The position numbers and the translations under genes are program-made. Positions 47,359 to 58,342 of a stretch of DNA of 64,000 nucleotides are shown in pieces. The notes under the pieces are model-generated. The model did not search any database, was not told the origin of the DNA, and saw only the letters and a program-made list of their open reading frames with translations. Within the stretch, counting starts at the first letter, position 1; each line of letters opens with the position of its first letter. The DNA is from Minisyncoccota bacterium (GTDB taxonomy: Bacteria > Patescibacteriota > Minisyncoccia > UBA6257 > 1-14-0-10-44-23), in assembly GCA_041389085.1 (NCBI GenBank), contig JAWKSL010000001.1, positions 34,921-98,920 of the forward strand. The letters are read 5' to 3'.

Positions 47359-48072
47359 TTATTTTTCCTGTCTGCGATGGGTGGTAACTTTCTGTGTTTT
47401 TTCTTTATCGAATACAAGACCCTTATAAACCCATACTTTGATTCCGATACTTCCGTATGTGGTTTTTGCGGTTGCGTGTGCGTAGTCAATGTTTGCACGG
47501 AGTGTCTGGAGAGGGAGCTTTCCATCTGAAAGCACCTCTGCACGAGCGATTTCTGCTCCGTTAAGTCGTCCTGATACGCGGATCTTTACTCCTTCAACGT
47601 CGCGGTTTTGCATCGCGTTTTCGATAGACTTCTTCATCACGCGACGGAACGGCATACGGCGTTCGATGTCGAATGCTACTTGAAGCGCAATGTTTTGTGC
47701 TGAAATTTCGTTGCGCTTGAGCTCCTCAACGTTGAGTGAGAGGTTTACTCTTGGCGCTTGGTTTCCTTGGCGGCGAAGGAGACTTTCAAGCTTTCCTTTT
47801 AGAAGCTTGCTGAGCTCTTCGATTCCTTGCCCTCCGCGACCGATTATGAGTCCTGGACGAGCTGCCTTTACGATTACTCGGTAGGCGTCGTTTCCAGTGC
47901 GCTCAATTTCGGTGCTGATAATTCCTGCGTTTGCGATTTTTTCTTGGATGGTACGGCGAATAACCAAGTCTTGCTCAAGGCGGTGTGGATATTTTGACTT
48001 TCCAAACCATCGGCTCTTCCAGTCCTTGATGATTCCTAGTCTTAGTACGTCAGGTCGAATTTTCTGTCCCAT
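47359..48072 (-). CDS. rpsC: 30S ribosomal protein S3
   Basis: KH domain and GRGGQGIEEL.. blocks. Confidence 0.92.
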   Translation of the reverse strand: MGQKIRPDVLRLGIIKDWKSRWFGKSKYPHRLEQDLVIRRTIQEKIANAGIISTEIERTGNDAYRVIVKAARPGLIIGRGGQGIEELSKLLKGKLESLLRRQGNQAPRVNLSLNVEELKRNEISAQNIALQVAFDIERRMPFRRVMKKSIENAMQNRDVEGVKIRVSGRLNGAEIARAEVLSDGKLPLQTLRANIDYAHATAKTTYGSIGIKVWVYKGLVFDKEKTQKVTTHRRQEK

Positions 48073-48086
48073 AGTATTGTTTTATT

Positions 48087-48626
48087 TTAGATGGACTTAC
48101 GGCGGAACATTTTGTTTACTACTCCACCACTTTTCTTCTGACCTTTTGCTTTTGTTTCAGTTGTTTTCTTTTCAGCTTTTTTCTTTGACTCTTCTGCCTT
48201 TTCTGCTTTTGCTGGCTTTGCTGCTTTCTTTTCAGTCTTTGCTTTCTTTTCCTTTGCCACCATCGTGAAGCGAGCTGGCTTTACTGAGTCGCTTTCTTCA
48301 AGAGTAAGGGTGATGTGGCTCATTCTCTTCAAAATTGGAGTTGCGTTTCCTTGCGCACGTGGAAGGAAGCGCTTGAGTGAAGGACCTCCATCTACTGTTA
48401 CGCTCTTTACTACGAGGCGTGACACGTCGATGTCGGTGTTGTTTTTTGCGTTTGCTACGGTTGACTTAAGAAGCTCAAGTATTTGAGGAGCGCTTCTTTG
48501 GCTTCGCTGCATAAGCTGGCTTTGTGCTTGCCACACAGGAAGTCCTTTGAGTGACTTAGCTACAAGACGCACCTTGCGAGGAGCGATTCGTACATATCTT
48601 AGTTTTCCTACTTGTTGCTTCTTCAT
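48087..48626 (-). CDS. rplV: 50S ribosomal protein L22 with a Lys-rich C-terminal extension
   Basis: Family match and order. Confidence 0.88.
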   Translation of the reverse strand: MKKQQVGKLRYVRIAPRKVRLVAKSLKGLPVWQAQSQLMQRSQRSAPQILELLKSTVANAKNNTDIDVSRLVVKSVTVDGGPSLKRFLPRAQGNATPILKRMSHITLTLEESDSVKPARFTMVAKEKKAKTEKKAAKPAKAEKAEESKKKAEKKTTETKAKGQKKSGGVVNKMFRRKSI

Positions 48627-48636
48627 ATGTCTTTAA

Positions 48637-48951
48637 CTATTTCTTTGCTGCTGGTGCTGCTGGTTGAGCTGCTGCTGCTTCAAGCTGCTTTTGCATCTTT
48701 CCTCCGTGCTTAGTGAACTTACGGGTAGGAGAAAACTCTCCAAGACGGTGACCAACCATCTCTTCTTTTACGAGCACTTCGATAAATGACTTTCCGTTGT
48801 GTACACCAAAGGTGTATCCGATCATTTCAGGTGAAATTTGGCTTGAGCGTGCCCAGGTTTTGATAACCTTTCTGTCTCCAGGCTTAATATCCGCTATCTT
48901 CTTGAGAAGCTTTGGGTCAACGTATGGTCCTTTTTTAATTGATCGTGACAT
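48637..48951 (-). CDS. rpsS: 30S ribosomal protein S19
   Basis: [12 protein letters not shown].. family match. Confidence 0.92.
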   Translation of the reverse strand: MSRSIKKGPYVDPKLLKKIADIKPGDRKVIKTWARSSQISPEMIGYTFGVHNGKSFIEVLVKEEMVGHRLGEFSPTRKFTKHGGKMQKQLEAAAAQPAAPAAKK

Positions 48952-48966
48952 AGTTTTCTAATTAAA

Positions 48967-49812
48967 TTATTTACCTCCGTTTCTCTTTACTGGGCGACGC
49001 TTAAGAATAAGCTTGTTTGACCACTTCTTCCGTCCACGAGTTTTGCGACCACCAGTAACGTTTCCCCAAACGTCCTTTGGACGCTTTGTTCCACGTGGCT
49101 GTACTTGCTCTCCTCCTCCGTATGGGTGGTCTACTGGGTTCATAGCGGTACCACGAACGGTAGGGCGAATTCCGCGCCATCGGCTACGTCCTGCCTTTCC
49201 AAGGCTGATAAGGTTGTAGTCTGGGTTTGAAACTTGTCCGATGCTTGCAAAGCAGTTTTCGCTTACGCGACGAACTTCTTTTGAAGGCATGCGAAGGTCG
49301 GTAAATCCGTTTGATGTTCCAAGAACTTCAAGGTAGCTTCCTGCGCTGCGTGCAAGCTTTCCTCCGCTCTTTTCACGAATTTCTACGTTGTATACAAATT
49401 GTCCGATTGGAATGTTCTTAAGCTGAAGGCGGTTTCCTGTTTTAAGCTCAGCTTTTGCTGAAGTTACAATAGAGTCTCCTACGTTAAGTTTTTGAGGAGC
49501 GAGAATGTAGCGGCGCTCTCCGTCTTTATAAACTACCTGTGCGATAAATGCGCTGCGGTATGGGTCGTACTCGATTGACTCGATCTTTGCTGGAATATCA
49601 AGCTTGTCTTGCTTGAAGTCGATCATACGATAAAGCTTTTTGTGACCAGCTCCTTGGTGGCGCATAGTGATGCGTCCTTGGTTGTTGCGACCAGCGTGCT
49701 GCTTTATTTTCTTGGTAAGCTTCTTGTTTGGTTTTGTGCGTGTCAAAACCTTGCTGTACTCAATGTCAGTTCGCTGTCTAACTCCTGGGCTTGTTGGTCT
49801 AAACTTTTTCAT
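48967..49812 (-). CDS. rplB: 50S ribosomal protein L2
   Basis: Family match (GGGEQVQPRG.. region). Confidence 0.95.
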   Translation of the reverse strand: MKKFRPTSPGVRQRTDIEYSKVLTRTKPNKKLTKKIKQHAGRNNQGRITMRHQGAGHKKLYRMIDFKQDKLDIPAKIESIEYDPYRSAFIAQVVYKDGERRYILAPQKLNVGDSIVTSAKAELKTGNRLQLKNIPIGQFVYNVEIREKSGGKLARSAGSYLEVLGTSNGFTDLRMPSKEVRRVSENCFASIGQVSNPDYNLISLGKAGRSRWRGIRPTVRGTAMNPVDHPYGGGEQVQPRGTKRPKDVWGNVTGGRKTRGRKKWSNKLILKRRPVKRNGGK

Positions 49813-49816
49813 TGTT

Positions 49817-50104
49817 TTATTGGCTTACCGTTGGCAATACATCAAGGGTTTGACCTTTCTTAAGCTGCACGATCGCCTTCTTGTATCCTGGCTTTTCTGA
49901 AATGTTTCGTCCAAGGCGGCGCTTCTTTGGCTTGGTGTTGATTATCTTTACACCAGTTACGGTTACTTTGTGTTCAGTCTGAATAAGCTTCTTTATCTCT
50001 GACTTGGTTGCTTTTTTGTCTACCAAAAACATGTACTGTCCGATTGCTCCAAGGTCAGTAGACTTTTCTGAAATGATTGGGTTTTTGATAAGAAACTTGT
50101 TCAT
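49817..50104 (-). CDS. rplW: 50S ribosomal protein L23
   Basis: Family match and order. Confidence 0.88.
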   Translation of the reverse strand: MNKFLIKNPIISEKSTDLGAIGQYMFLVDKKATKSEIKKLIQTEHKVTVTGVKIINTKPKKRRLGRNISEKPGYKKAIVQLKKGQTLDVLPTVSQ

Positions 50105-50108
50105 AAAA

Positions 50109-50732
50109 CTACTTTATTTCTTCTACCGCTGATTTTTCGATAATAACGTTTTTGTGGTTGAGCACATCAACAAGGCTGATTGACTGGGTTGGGCTTGTTG
50201 AAACTCCCTTTATGTTTTTCGCTGCGCGTGCAACTGCTTTGTTTTCCTTTGCAGCGATTATAAGGGTGCTTGGCATCTTTTTTTCGTCTTTATAAAACTC
50301 CTTCAGTGAAGCTGAGAATACTTTTGTCTTTGAATCCTTCACATCAAGACCGTCTACAAACATAAGCTCACCATCTGCAAGCTTCTTTGAAAGTGCAGTA
50401 AAGAGGGCAGCCTTTTTCATCTTCTTGTTTATCTTCTTTGAGTAGTCGCGGTCGTTGCGTGGCCCGTGAGTTACACCTCCTCCAACCCAAATAGGGCTGC
50501 GGGTAGATCCGTGACGTGCGCGCCCGGTTCCCTTCTGGCGCCATGGCTTCTTTCCTCCTCCGCTTACTTCACCGCGGTTCTTTGTGTGTGCCCATGGGCG
50601 GCGAGTGTTTGCGAGCATTGAAGTAAACACTTGATGAACAAGGTCGTTGTTCCACTTTCGTGCAAAGATCGCATCGTTTAGCTCGATGCTTCCTTTCTCT
50701 TCTCGTTTAAGGTTTAGTACGCTCGCTTTCAT
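50109..50732 (-). CDS. rplD: 50S ribosomal protein L4
   Basis: Family match and order. Confidence 0.9.
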   Translation of the reverse strand: MKASVLNLKREEKGSIELNDAIFARKWNNDLVHQVFTSMLANTRRPWAHTKNRGEVSGGGKKPWRQKGTGRARHGSTRSPIWVGGGVTHGPRNDRDYSKKINKKMKKAALFTALSKKLADGELMFVDGLDVKDSKTKVFSASLKEFYKDEKKMPSTLIIAAKENKAVARAAKNIKGVSTSPTQSISLVDVLNHKNVIIEKSAVEEIK

Positions 50733-50752
50733 ATTAAAAAAGATATTAGATT

Positions 50753-51346
50753 TTAGACGTTAGATTTTTGATCTGCTTCTTCAACCTTCTCGTCTTTTTT
50801 CTCTTTTGTTTTTTCTGCTTCGCTTGGTTGTGCTGGTGATTGTTCTGTCTCAGCGCCTTCTGGATTTTCTTCACCTACCTCTTGAGTCTGAACACTTACC
50901 TCTATCTCAGATGGTCCTTCAAGGTCGGCAAAAAGCTCAACTTCGCGCCCTACTATTCCTGGTGCGCTTCCGTGAAGCATTACAATCTTGTTTTCTGCGT
51001 CTATTTCAGCAATTTTAATACCCTTGTAAGTAATGGTTTCCATACCGTAGCGTCCTCCCATTTTTCGTCCTGGGACTACGCGAGCCATTTGCTTGCTTCC
51101 GATAGAACCTGGTGCGCGGTGGTAGTGCTTCTGACCGTGAGTCTTTGGCCCTCCGCGGAAGTTCCAACGCTTAATAACGCTCGCAAATCCGTGTCCTTTA
51201 GACTTTCCGGTTACTTTGAGCGGCATTCCAGCCTCTACACCTTCAAGGTTTGCTTTTTCTGAAAGCTTAATAGGGGTGACACCAAGGGCGCTCCCATCCT
51301 TAAAGATTTGAGTCATTTTTAGCTTTTTTCCAGTAAGTTTTCGCAT
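50753..51346 (-). CDS. rplC: 50S ribosomal protein L3 with an acidic C-terminal extension
   Basis: N-terminus MRKLTGKKLKMTQIF matches the L3 consensus. Confidence 0.92.
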   Translation of the reverse strand: MRKLTGKKLKMTQIFKDGSALGVTPIKLSEKANLEGVEAGMPLKVTGKSKGHGFASVIKRWNFRGGPKTHGQKHYHRAPGSIGSKQMARVVPGRKMGGRYGMETITYKGIKIAEIDAENKIVMLHGSAPGIVGREVELFADLEGPSEIEVSVQTQEVGEENPEGAETEQSPAQPSEAEKTKEKKDEKVEEADQKSNV

Positions 51347-51474
51347 CTTTCGATGAATATCTCAGCTATCTATTCAGCTGTGATTTTATCTCGGGTATTA
51401 GAGCCACCGAGCTTGGGCTTGAACAAAAATAGCTATCCAGAGGACTGGATACCTATTCCAATTCCGTAGCGAGT

Positions 51475-51502
51475 ATTATACACACCCTCAAAAATAATGC
51501 AA
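51475..51502 (-). promoter_or_regulatory. Promoter TTGCAT-16-(TGTG)TATAAT (extended -10) upstream of rplC, inside the rpsJ-rplC insert
   Basis: Read directly on the minus strand. Confidence 0.5.
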
Positions 51503-51519
51503 GCCCCCTACTGACTTTA

Positions 51520-51661
51520 ACGGCCATGCCCGCGGCAGGTAAACTCACACTGAACGCCAAGGAAGTACCGAATCTCGAAACTTTAACGGCTCACAAACGC
51601 CAAGGAAGTACCGAATCTCGAAACTTTAACGGCTCACACGTACGTGTGAGCCGTTAAAGTT
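51520..51661. repeat. Mosaic repeat copy III: head ggccatgcccgcggcaggtaaactcacac, a 43-bp tandem duplication (51553-51595 / 51596-51638) and the 40-bp perfect palindrome (51622-51661)
   Basis: Palindrome identical to copies I and II. Tandem duplication read directly. Confidence 0.8.
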
Positions 51662-51745
51662 GGCTAGGCATCCCCAGTCTTGGCTGTCTTTCGCCCCTTC
51701 GGGGCTCAAGACGAAGACTGTGAAGCCGTTAAAGTCCCCTGCCGA

Positions 51746-51773
51746 GGCACCAAAAAGCCGCCCTTTCGGGCGG
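51746..51773 (-). terminator. Rho-independent terminator directly after rpsJ (gccgcccgaaagggcggc + UUUUU on the minus strand)
   Basis: Read directly. Separates rpsJ from rplC. Confidence 0.7.
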
Positions 51774-51803
51774 CTTTGTATGCTTCTTAGCCTGGCAGAG
51801 GCT

Positions 51804-52154
51804 TTAGAGCATTTTGATTTCTACGTCTACACCAGCTGGGAGGTTTAGGTTCGAGAGCGCTTCGATTATCTCAGGTTTTGGGTTGAGAATGTCGATAAGG
51901 CGCTTGTGAATTCTAAGCTCAAACTGTTCACGGCTGTCTTTGTGAACAAAGGTTGAGCGGTTCACTGTGTACTTGTGAAACTGAGTTGGAAGCGGAATAG
52001 GACCGCGAATTTCAACGTCGTGTTTCTTTGCAGTGTCTACGATGAGCTTAGCGCTGTTGTCGATAAGCTTGGTGTCGTAGGCTTTTATCTTTAGTCGGAT
52101 TTTTGCTCCTTCCTCTTTTTTTGCTGGCATATGTTTTGGAGTGGTATTTTTCAT
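51804..52154 (-). CDS. rpsJ: 30S ribosomal protein S10
   Basis: [17 protein letters not shown] matches the S10 N-terminal consensus. Confidence 0.9.
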   Translation of the reverse strand: MKNTTPKHMPAKKEEGAKIRLKIKAYDTKLIDNSAKLIVDTAKKHDVEIRGPIPLPTQFHKYTVNRSTFVHKDSREQFELRIHKRLIDILNPKPEIIEALSNLNLPAGVDVEIKML

Positions 52155-52191
52155 CGCGCCAGTTGGCGGACGCCTATACCGTTATCTGGTG

Positions 52192-53388
52192 TTACTTAGT
52201 AATCTTTGTAACAACTCCTGCTCCGACTGTTTTACCACCTTCACGAATCGCGAAGCGCTGTTGCTCTTCAAGAGCTACTGGGTTGATGAGCTTCACGTTT
52301 AGCTTGATGGTGTCTCCTGGCATAACCATTTCAGTTCCCTCTGGGAGGATAACTTCTCCGGTGATGTCAGTAGTTCTGATGTAGAACTGTGGCTTGTATC
52401 CTTTAAAGAATGGGGTGTGACGTCCACCTTCGTCCTTTGAAAGAACGTAGATTTCACACTCAAATTCTGTGTGTGGCTTTACAGATCCTGGTACAGCAAG
52501 TACCTGTCCGCGCTCGATGTCTTCTTTCTTAAGACCACGAAGGAGAAGTCCTACGTTGTCTCCTGCCTCTCCGCTGTCGAGAAGTTTGTTGAACATCTCA
52601 ACTCCGGTAACAGTTGTCTTTTGGGTGTCGCGGATTCCAACGATTTCGATTTCTTCGTTTACCTTTACGGTTCCACGCTCAATACGTCCGGTAACAACAG
52701 TTCCACGTCCTTCGATTGAGAAGATGTCTTCTACTGGCATAAGGAATGGCTTGTCGGTTTCACGAACTGGGTCTGGAACGAAGTTGTCGAGGGCTTCGAT
52801 AAGGTCAACAACTGGCTTGGTAGCTGGATCATCTAGGCTCGTAGCTTCAAGTGCTTTAAGACCTGATCCGCGGATAACTGGAGTGTCGTCTCCTGGGTAT
52901 TCGTACTTGGTAAGAAGTTCACGAACCTCAGCTTCAACGAGGTCTACGAGTTCTGCGTCGTCTACCTGGTCGATCTTGTTGAGGAATACCACGATTGAAG
53001 GAACTCCAACCTGGCGTGCAAGAAGTATGTGCTCTCGGGTTTGAGGCATAGGACCGTCGGTAGCACTGATAACGAGGATTGCTCCGTCCATCTGTGCAGC
53101 TCCGGTGATCATGTTCTTGATGTAGTCAGCGTGTCCTGGCGCATCGATGTGTGCGTAGTGACGCTTTTCTGACTGATACTCTTGGTGAGAAAGTGCGATG
53201 GTAATTCCACGCTCCTTTTCTTCTGGTGCGTTGTCGATTGCATCAACTGCTTTCTCTTCTGCAAATCCCTTCATGTGAAGGACGTGCATGATAGCCGCGG
53301 TAAGGGTGGTCTTTCCGTGGTCAACGTGACCGATGGTACCAACGTTTACGTGTGGCTTTGTGCGTTCAAATTTTGCTTTTTCTGCCAT
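52192..53388 (-). CDS. tuf: Elongation factor Tu
   Basis: [22 protein letters not shown] motifs. Confidence 0.98.
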   Translation of the reverse strand: MAEKAKFERTKPHVNVGTIGHVDHGKTTLTAAIMHVLHMKGFAEEKAVDAIDNAPEEKERGITIALSHQEYQSEKRHYAHIDAPGHADYIKNMITGAAQMDGAILVISATDGPMPQTREHILLARQVGVPSIVVFLNKIDQVDDAELVDLVEAEVRELLTKYEYPGDDTPVIRGSGLKALEATSLDDPATKPVVDLIEALDNFVPDPVRETDKPFLMPVEDIFSIEGRGTVVTGRIERGTVKVNEEIEIVGIRDTQKTTVTGVEMFNKLLDSGEAGDNVGLLLRGLKKEDIERGQVLAVPGSVKPHTEFECEIYVLSKDEGGRHTPFFKGYKPQFYIRTTDITGEVILPEGTEMVMPGDTIKLNVKLINPVALEEQQRFAIREGGKTVGAGVVTKITK

Positions 53389-53482
53389 ATTTTTTTAATT
53401 AATTTACTTTATTTTTAATCTGCGAACAATTTTAAAGTCTTGTTATTCTATATAACTTGACTGCTTTGTCAATAAACCTTTT

Positions 53483-55603
53483 CTACTTTTTCCTTCCTGC
53501 AATGATCTCTTCCGCCACGTTTCGTGGGGCTTCTTCGTAGGCATGGAATTCCATGCTGAAGTTTCCTCGACCTTGCGTCATCGATCTGAGCTTTGTCGCA
53601 TATCCGAACATTTCAGATAGTGGGACAAAAGAATCGATAACTTTTACTAGAGGTCTGTCTTCCATTCCGTCAATTCTTCCTCTTCGTGAATTGATGTCTC
53701 CGGTTACGTCTCCCATGAATTGCTCAGGAACGATGATCTGCACTTTCATAACTGGCTCAAGAATTACTGGGTTTGCGATCTGAGCTGCTTCTCTGAAGGC
53801 CATCGATGCTGCAAGTTTGAAGGCTGCTTCGGAACTGTCCACATCGTGGTAGCTTCCATCGTAAAGTGTTGTCTTTACATCTACTACTTGGTATCCAGCG
53901 TTGATACCGCGAGTCATTGCTTCTTTTATACCTTTCTCTACCGCTGGAATGTATTCCTGAGGAATGTTTCCTCCCTTAACTTCGTTTACAAACTCGAAGC
54001 CACTTCCTGGTTCGAGAGGTTCGATACGGATCTTAACGTGTCCGTATTGTCCGCGACCTCCAGACTGCTTCGCATACTTGTGGTCTGCCTGTGATTCTTT
54101 TCGGATTGTTTCTCGGTATGAAACTTGTGGGCGGCCAACGTTTGCTTGAACGTTGAACTCTCTCTTGAGGCGGTCAACGATAATTTCAAGGTGAAGCTCT
54201 CCCATTCCTGCGATAAGGGTTTCTCCTGTTTCTGGGTCTGACACAACTTTGAATGTTGGGTCTTCTTCTGCGAGCTTCTTAAGCGCGATACCCATTTTTT
54301 CTTGGTCACCCTTTGAATTTGGTTCAATGCGGATAGAGATAACTGGCTCTGGCACGTCGATACCTGCAAGAAGGATTGGCTTTTCTTCTTCGCAGAGAGT
54401 GTCTCCGGTGGTGGTGTCTTTCATTCCCACGAGCGCACCGATTCCTCCTGCGTACATTTCTTCTACTTCTTCACGGTCGTTTGCGTGCATACGGAGAATG
54501 CGTCCTACGCGCTCCTTCTCACCCTTACTTGAGTTATATACGTAGCTTCCGCGCTTGAGCGTTCCAGAATACACACGGAAAAATGTAAGTGCTCCTACGA
54601 ATGGGTCGTTTGCAACCTTAAACGCAAGTGCTGAAAATGGAGCCTCGTCGCTTGCTTCACGGCTCTCTTCTTGGTTGGTGTCTGGGTTTACTCCCTTTAC
54701 GGCTTCAATATCGGTTGGAGCTGGAAGGTAGTCGATAACAGCGTCGAGAAGAATTTGCACTCCTTTGTTCTTAAGTGCAGTACCGGTAAATACAGGGATG
54801 ATTTCGTTTTTAAGAGTACCTTTTCGAAGTGCTGCTTTGAGCTCGTCGAGTGAAAGCTCTTGGCCTTCAAGGTACTTGTTCATCAAGTTCTCGTCTTGCT
54901 CTACGATCTTTTCGATAAGAGTCTGACGGTCCTTTTCTGCACGCTCTTTAAGATCTGCTGGGATTTCTCCTACGGTTACCTGCTCTCCCTTGTCTCCCTC
55001 CCAGATACGAGCCTTCATGGTAAGAAGGTCTACTACTCCTTTGAAATCTGACTCAGCACCAATTGGCACCTGCATAGCAACTGCGTTTGGGTTTAGTCTG
55101 TCTTTGATTGACTGCAAGCTCTTGTCGAAGCTTGCTCCGGTTCGGTCGAGCTTGTTGATAAAGCAGATGCGAGGAACTTTGTACTCGTCTGCGTAGCGCC
55201 AGTTTGTTTCACTCTGTGGTTCTACTCCGCTTACTCCGTCGAATACTGCAACTCCTCCGTCAAGAATACGGAGTGAGCGCTTTACCTCAACGGTGAAGTC
55301 GATGTGTCCTGGGGTGTCGATGATGTTGATGCGGTAGGTGTGGTCTTTGCGGTTTGCAAGCTCTGCTTCTGTTTTGTAGGTTGGAACCCAAAAACACGTA
55401 GTAGCTGCTGAGGTGATAGTAATTCCACGCTCACGCTCCTGCTCCATCCAGTCCATCTGAGTGTCTCCCTCGTGCACCTCACCGATCTTGTGGCTTACTC
55501 CGGTATAAAAAAGAATACGCTCGGTTACGGTTGTTTTACCTGCGTCGATGTGGGCAAAGATTCCTATGTTTCTTGTTCGGTCGAGTGGATATTCGCGTGG
55601 CAT
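53483..55603 (-). CDS. fusA: Elongation factor G
   Basis: [22 protein letters not shown] plus EF-G domains III-V. Confidence 0.98.
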   Translation of the reverse strand: MPREYPLDRTRNIGIFAHIDAGKTTVTERILFYTGVSHKIGEVHEGDTQMDWMEQERERGITITSAATTCFWVPTYKTEAELANRKDHTYRINIIDTPGHIDFTVEVKRSLRILDGGVAVFDGVSGVEPQSETNWRYADEYKVPRICFINKLDRTGASFDKSLQSIKDRLNPNAVAMQVPIGAESDFKGVVDLLTMKARIWEGDKGEQVTVGEIPADLKERAEKDRQTLIEKIVEQDENLMNKYLEGQELSLDELKAALRKGTLKNEIIPVFTGTALKNKGVQILLDAVIDYLPAPTDIEAVKGVNPDTNQEESREASDEAPFSALAFKVANDPFVGALTFFRVYSGTLKRGSYVYNSSKGEKERVGRILRMHANDREEVEEMYAGGIGALVGMKDTTTGDTLCEEEKPILLAGIDVPEPVISIRIEPNSKGDQEKMGIALKKLAEEDPTFKVVSDPETGETLIAGMGELHLEIIVDRLKREFNVQANVGRPQVSYRETIRKESQADHKYAKQSGGRGQYGHVKIRIEPLEPGSGFEFVNEVKGGNIPQEYIPAVEKGIKEAMTRGINAGYQVVDVKTTLYDGSYHDVDSSEAAFKLAASMAFREAAQIANPVILEPVMKVQIIVPEQFMGDVTGDINSRRGRIDGMEDRPLVKVIDSFVPLSEMFGYATKLRSMTQGRGNFSMEFHAYEEAPRNVAEEIIAGRKK

Positions 55604-55665
55604 TTTTTTATGTTCTGATATTTATGTGAATTAACAAAAACAATAGGTGAGTACCATTTGAGGAA

Positions 55666-56136
55666 TTATCGGCGCGCGAAGTGTGCAAACGCGCGGTTTG
55701 CTTCTGCCATTTTGTGCACGTCTTCTTTTTTCTTAATTGCAGCTCCTTCTCCCTCTGCTGCTTCCATTATTTCTTTTGCAAGAAATTCTGCGGTTGATTT
55801 TCCGGTTCCGCCTTGTGCTGCAGCAACGATCCAGCGAACAGCAAGCATAAACTTTCGCTCTGGGCGAACTTCGATTGGCACTTGGTAGTTTGCACCTCCT
55901 ACGCGGCGGCGAGAAATTTCGAGTGTTGGCATTACCTTATCAAGAGCAAGGTGAAACACTTCAAGAGGCTTCTTCTTGGTTTTCTTTTCGATTATGTCGA
56001 AGGCATCGTATACAACTTTTTCTGCCTTTCCTTTCTTTCCTTCGCGCATAATAACGTTAATGAAGCGGGTTACCGCTACGTCGTTGTACTTCACGTCTGG
56101 AAGAAATTCTCTTTTGTAGTTTCGCTTTCGTCGCAT
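55666..56136 (-). CDS. rpsG: 30S ribosomal protein S7
   Basis: Family match and str-operon order. Confidence 0.92.
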   Translation of the reverse strand: MRRKRNYKREFLPDVKYNDVAVTRFINVIMREGKKGKAEKVVYDAFDIIEKKTKKKPLEVFHLALDKVMPTLEISRRRVGGANYQVPIEVRPERKFMLAVRWIVAAAQGGTGKSTAEFLAKEIMEAAEGEGAAIKKKEDVHKMAEANRAFAHFARR

Positions 56137-56148
56137 TGCTCTTTAGTT

Positions 56149-56571
56149 TTATTCTGCTTTTTTCTTTGGTTTCTTAGCTCCGTACTTTGATCGGCGTTGT
56201 CCACGTCCCTCAACTCCTCCTGCGTCAAGAACTCCACGTACGATGTGGTAGCGAACACCTGGAAGGTCTTTTACACGTCCTCCACGGATCATTACTACTG
56301 AGTGCTCCTGCAAGTTGTGTCCCATTCCTGGGATGTAAGCGGTAACTTCCATTCCGTTGGTAAGACGAACACGTGCAACTTTTCGGATAGCTGAGTTTGG
56401 TTTCTTTGGAGTGGTGGTAAACACCTTGGTGCATACTCCGCGCTTAAATGGCGCGTCAGTCGCAACTGGGCGGTTTTTTATGAAATTAAAAGTTCGTCGC
56501 ATTGCTGGCGACTTAGATTTTACTTCCGGTGTTTTGCGCTTCTTTTTGAGAAGCTGGTTTACTGTTGGCAT
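56149..56571 (-). CDS. rpsL: 30S ribosomal protein S12
   Basis: PKKPNSALRK and [13 protein letters not shown] blocks. Confidence 0.95.
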   Translation of the reverse strand: MPTVNQLLKKKRKTPEVKSKSPAMRRTFNFIKNRPVATDAPFKRGVCTKVFTTTPKKPNSAIRKVARVRLTNGMEVTAYIPGMGHNLQEHSVVMIRGGRVKDLPGVRYHIVRGVLDAGGVEGRGQRRSKYGAKKPKKKAE

Positions 56572-56647
56572 TTCTTAAAAGATACTCCGCTAAAATTTAG
56601 CGGCAAATTAACATAAAACAAATCCGCAATCGCGGACTAGTAAAGGA

Positions 56648-56676
56648 ATACTATTCGATCACTCTTTATTTGTCAA
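56648..56676 (-). promoter_or_regulatory. Promoter TTGACA-17-TAGTAT for the rpsL-rpsG-fusA-tuf operon
   Basis: Read directly. The following 5' UTR carries two small hairpins. Confidence 0.5.
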
Positions 56677-56764
56677 CCCGGTGGAACAACTTTGTAGGTA
56701 TAAAAACTCCCCTTCGATTAGAGCTACTAGGGTCAGCTCAAAGTAGTGCCACCGGGTCAATGCT

Positions 56765-57403
56765 TTAGAAGAGCGTTGCGAGTGCCTGCCCGACTAATAA
56801 CTTGTGGGTACCTAAAACGAGCGGCTCTAAGAAGGGAATATTGGCGAAGAATACGAGAAAAATAAGGATGTAAAAACCGTACTGGTTAAGAAATCGCTGA
56901 ATACCTCCGCCAAGGCGTGCTGGGAAGAAGTAAAAGAGGATTTTTGAGCCGTCGAGCGGGGGAATCGGAATAAGGTTGAAGAAGCCTAGAATAAGGTTGA
57001 TTATCACTATTATATTGAAGAGTACGAGCACCATTCCGCCTCCGACCATGAGTAGGTCGAAAAATGCCATAGCTCGTATCAACACGGCAAAGATTATCGC
57101 AAGGATAAAGTTACTTCCTGGACCGGCCGCTGCTATGAGCGCTGCTCCCCTTTTTGGATTTTTCAAATTATACGGGTTATATGGAACTGGCTTTGCATAC
57201 CCAAAAACAGGCAAACCAGATATGGCAAGTAAAAGAGGCAAAATTACTGAACCAAACGGATCGAGATGTTTTGCCGGGTTTAGACTTAGCCTGCCCTGTA
57301 TTTGAGCTGTCTTGTCCCCTAGCCTGAGAGCGGCAAGCCCGTGGCTCACTTCGTGGATGATTGCCGAGAAGAGAAGGACTATGATTTGAAAAACTATCAG
57401 CAT
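56765..57403 (-). CDS. Site-2 protease family zinc metalloprotease (peptidase M50)
   Basis: HEVSHG (HExxH) in a TM helix and LIPIPPLDGS motif. Confidence 0.8.
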   Translation of the reverse strand: MLIVFQIIVLLFSAIIHEVSHGLAALRLGDKTAQIQGRLSLNPAKHLDPFGSVILPLLLAISGLPVFGYAKPVPYNPYNLKNPKRGAALIAAAGPGSNFILAIIFAVLIRAMAFFDLLMVGGGMVLVLFNIIVIINLILGFFNLIPIPPLDGSKILFYFFPARLGGGIQRFLNQYGFYILIFLVFFANIPFLEPLVLGTHKLLVGQALATLF

Positions 57404-57405
57404 GT

Positions 57406-57984
57406 TTAAAATTCTACGTTTTCAATTGCTTCTTTACCCTGGTTGTACGGGTGCTTTATTTCTTTCATTTCGGTAACCAAGTCTGCCTTGTCGATAAACT
57501 CCTGAGGAGCTCCTCTGCCAGTAAGTACAAGAATTTTTTGCTCCGGAAAGTTATGTACTACTTCCTGTAGTACTTCTTCAACTTCAATGAGGTCGAGACT
57601 AACTGCTACGTTTACCTCGTCGAGAATTATAAAATCCCAGTAGCCTGAGTCTATTTCTTTTTTAGCAAGAGAAAGCGCGTCGCGCGCTGCATTCTTATGG
57701 TCTTCAAGTGGAAGCTTGTCGCCTAAGATGCCGACAAAGCCAAGCCCCTTCTTTATGAGCTTAAATTCTCCGCCGCCCGATCTTTGATTGGGCGAGCCTT
57801 CGCTTTTTTTAAAGGCAGGGCTATTTGCTGCTGTTTGTAAGTCTATAAAGTCTTCGCCGCTCTTCCATGGGCCTTTTATAAACTGAATCATTAAAACTTT
57901 CTGTCCACGCCCCACAGCGCGAAGCGCAGCTCCAAGAGCTGCTGTAGTCTTTCCTTTCCCATTTCCCGTGTTTACTACAATCAT
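57406..57984 (-). CDS. ATP:cob(I)alamin adenosyltransferase (CobO/BtuR/CobA family)
   Basis: TGNGKGKTTAALG...QFIKG P-loop block characteristic of the family. Confidence 0.75.
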   Translation of the reverse strand: MIVVNTGNGKGKTTAALGAALRAVGRGQKVLMIQFIKGPWKSGEDFIDLQTAANSPAFKKSEGSPNQRSGGGEFKLIKKGLGFVGILGDKLPLEDHKNAARDALSLAKKEIDSGYWDFIILDEVNVAVSLDLIEVEEVLQEVVHNFPEQKILVLTGRGAPQEFIDKADLVTEMKEIKHPYNQGKEAIENVEF

Positions 57985-58096
57985 TTGTCTCTATTATAGC
58001 AAAACAAAAAAACTTGACAGTTTCTTTGTTTTTATATATTTTATTTCTAATTCCGATCGCAAATTGGTGCGCGGAGTTAAAACGAAAGGAGGCTAT

Positions 58097-58261
58097 ATGC
58101 CTCGAGACAAGAGTGGCAACGCCGATCGTCGATCCAAGGATCGTGACAAGAGGCGCACCCCCAAGGGCCCTCAGACCCACAAGAGTGGCGGGCGTCAGCG
58201 CAACGTCGGGCACCCCCGTGGCGAGGAACACTCGCGCATTGCCAAGGGTAACCGCGGCTAG
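58097..58261 (+). CDS. High-GC small basic Gly/Arg/Lys-rich protein (54 aa) immediately upstream of the M16 peptidase gene
   Basis: ATG preceded by AAGGAGG (58086-58092) with GC3-rich codons. MPRDKSGNADRRSKDRDKRRTPKGPQTHKSGGRQRNVGHPRGEEHSRIAKGNRG. Confidence 0.55.
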   Translation: MPRDKSGNADRRSKDRDKRRTPKGPQTHKSGGRQRNVGHPRGEEHSRIAKGNRG

Positions 58262-58271
58262 CCCTCTCACG

Positions 58272-58310
58272 GCCTGCTATGGTTTAAAACTATGGCAGGC
58301 TAATTTTTTA
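58272..58310 (+). terminator. Rho-independent terminator (gcctgctatgg..ctatggcaggc + taatttttt)
   Basis: Hairpin with two G-U pairs plus a T-run. Confidence 0.65.
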
Positions 58311-58342
58311 CCAAATAAAGCTATACTTAAAAAGTATATAAT

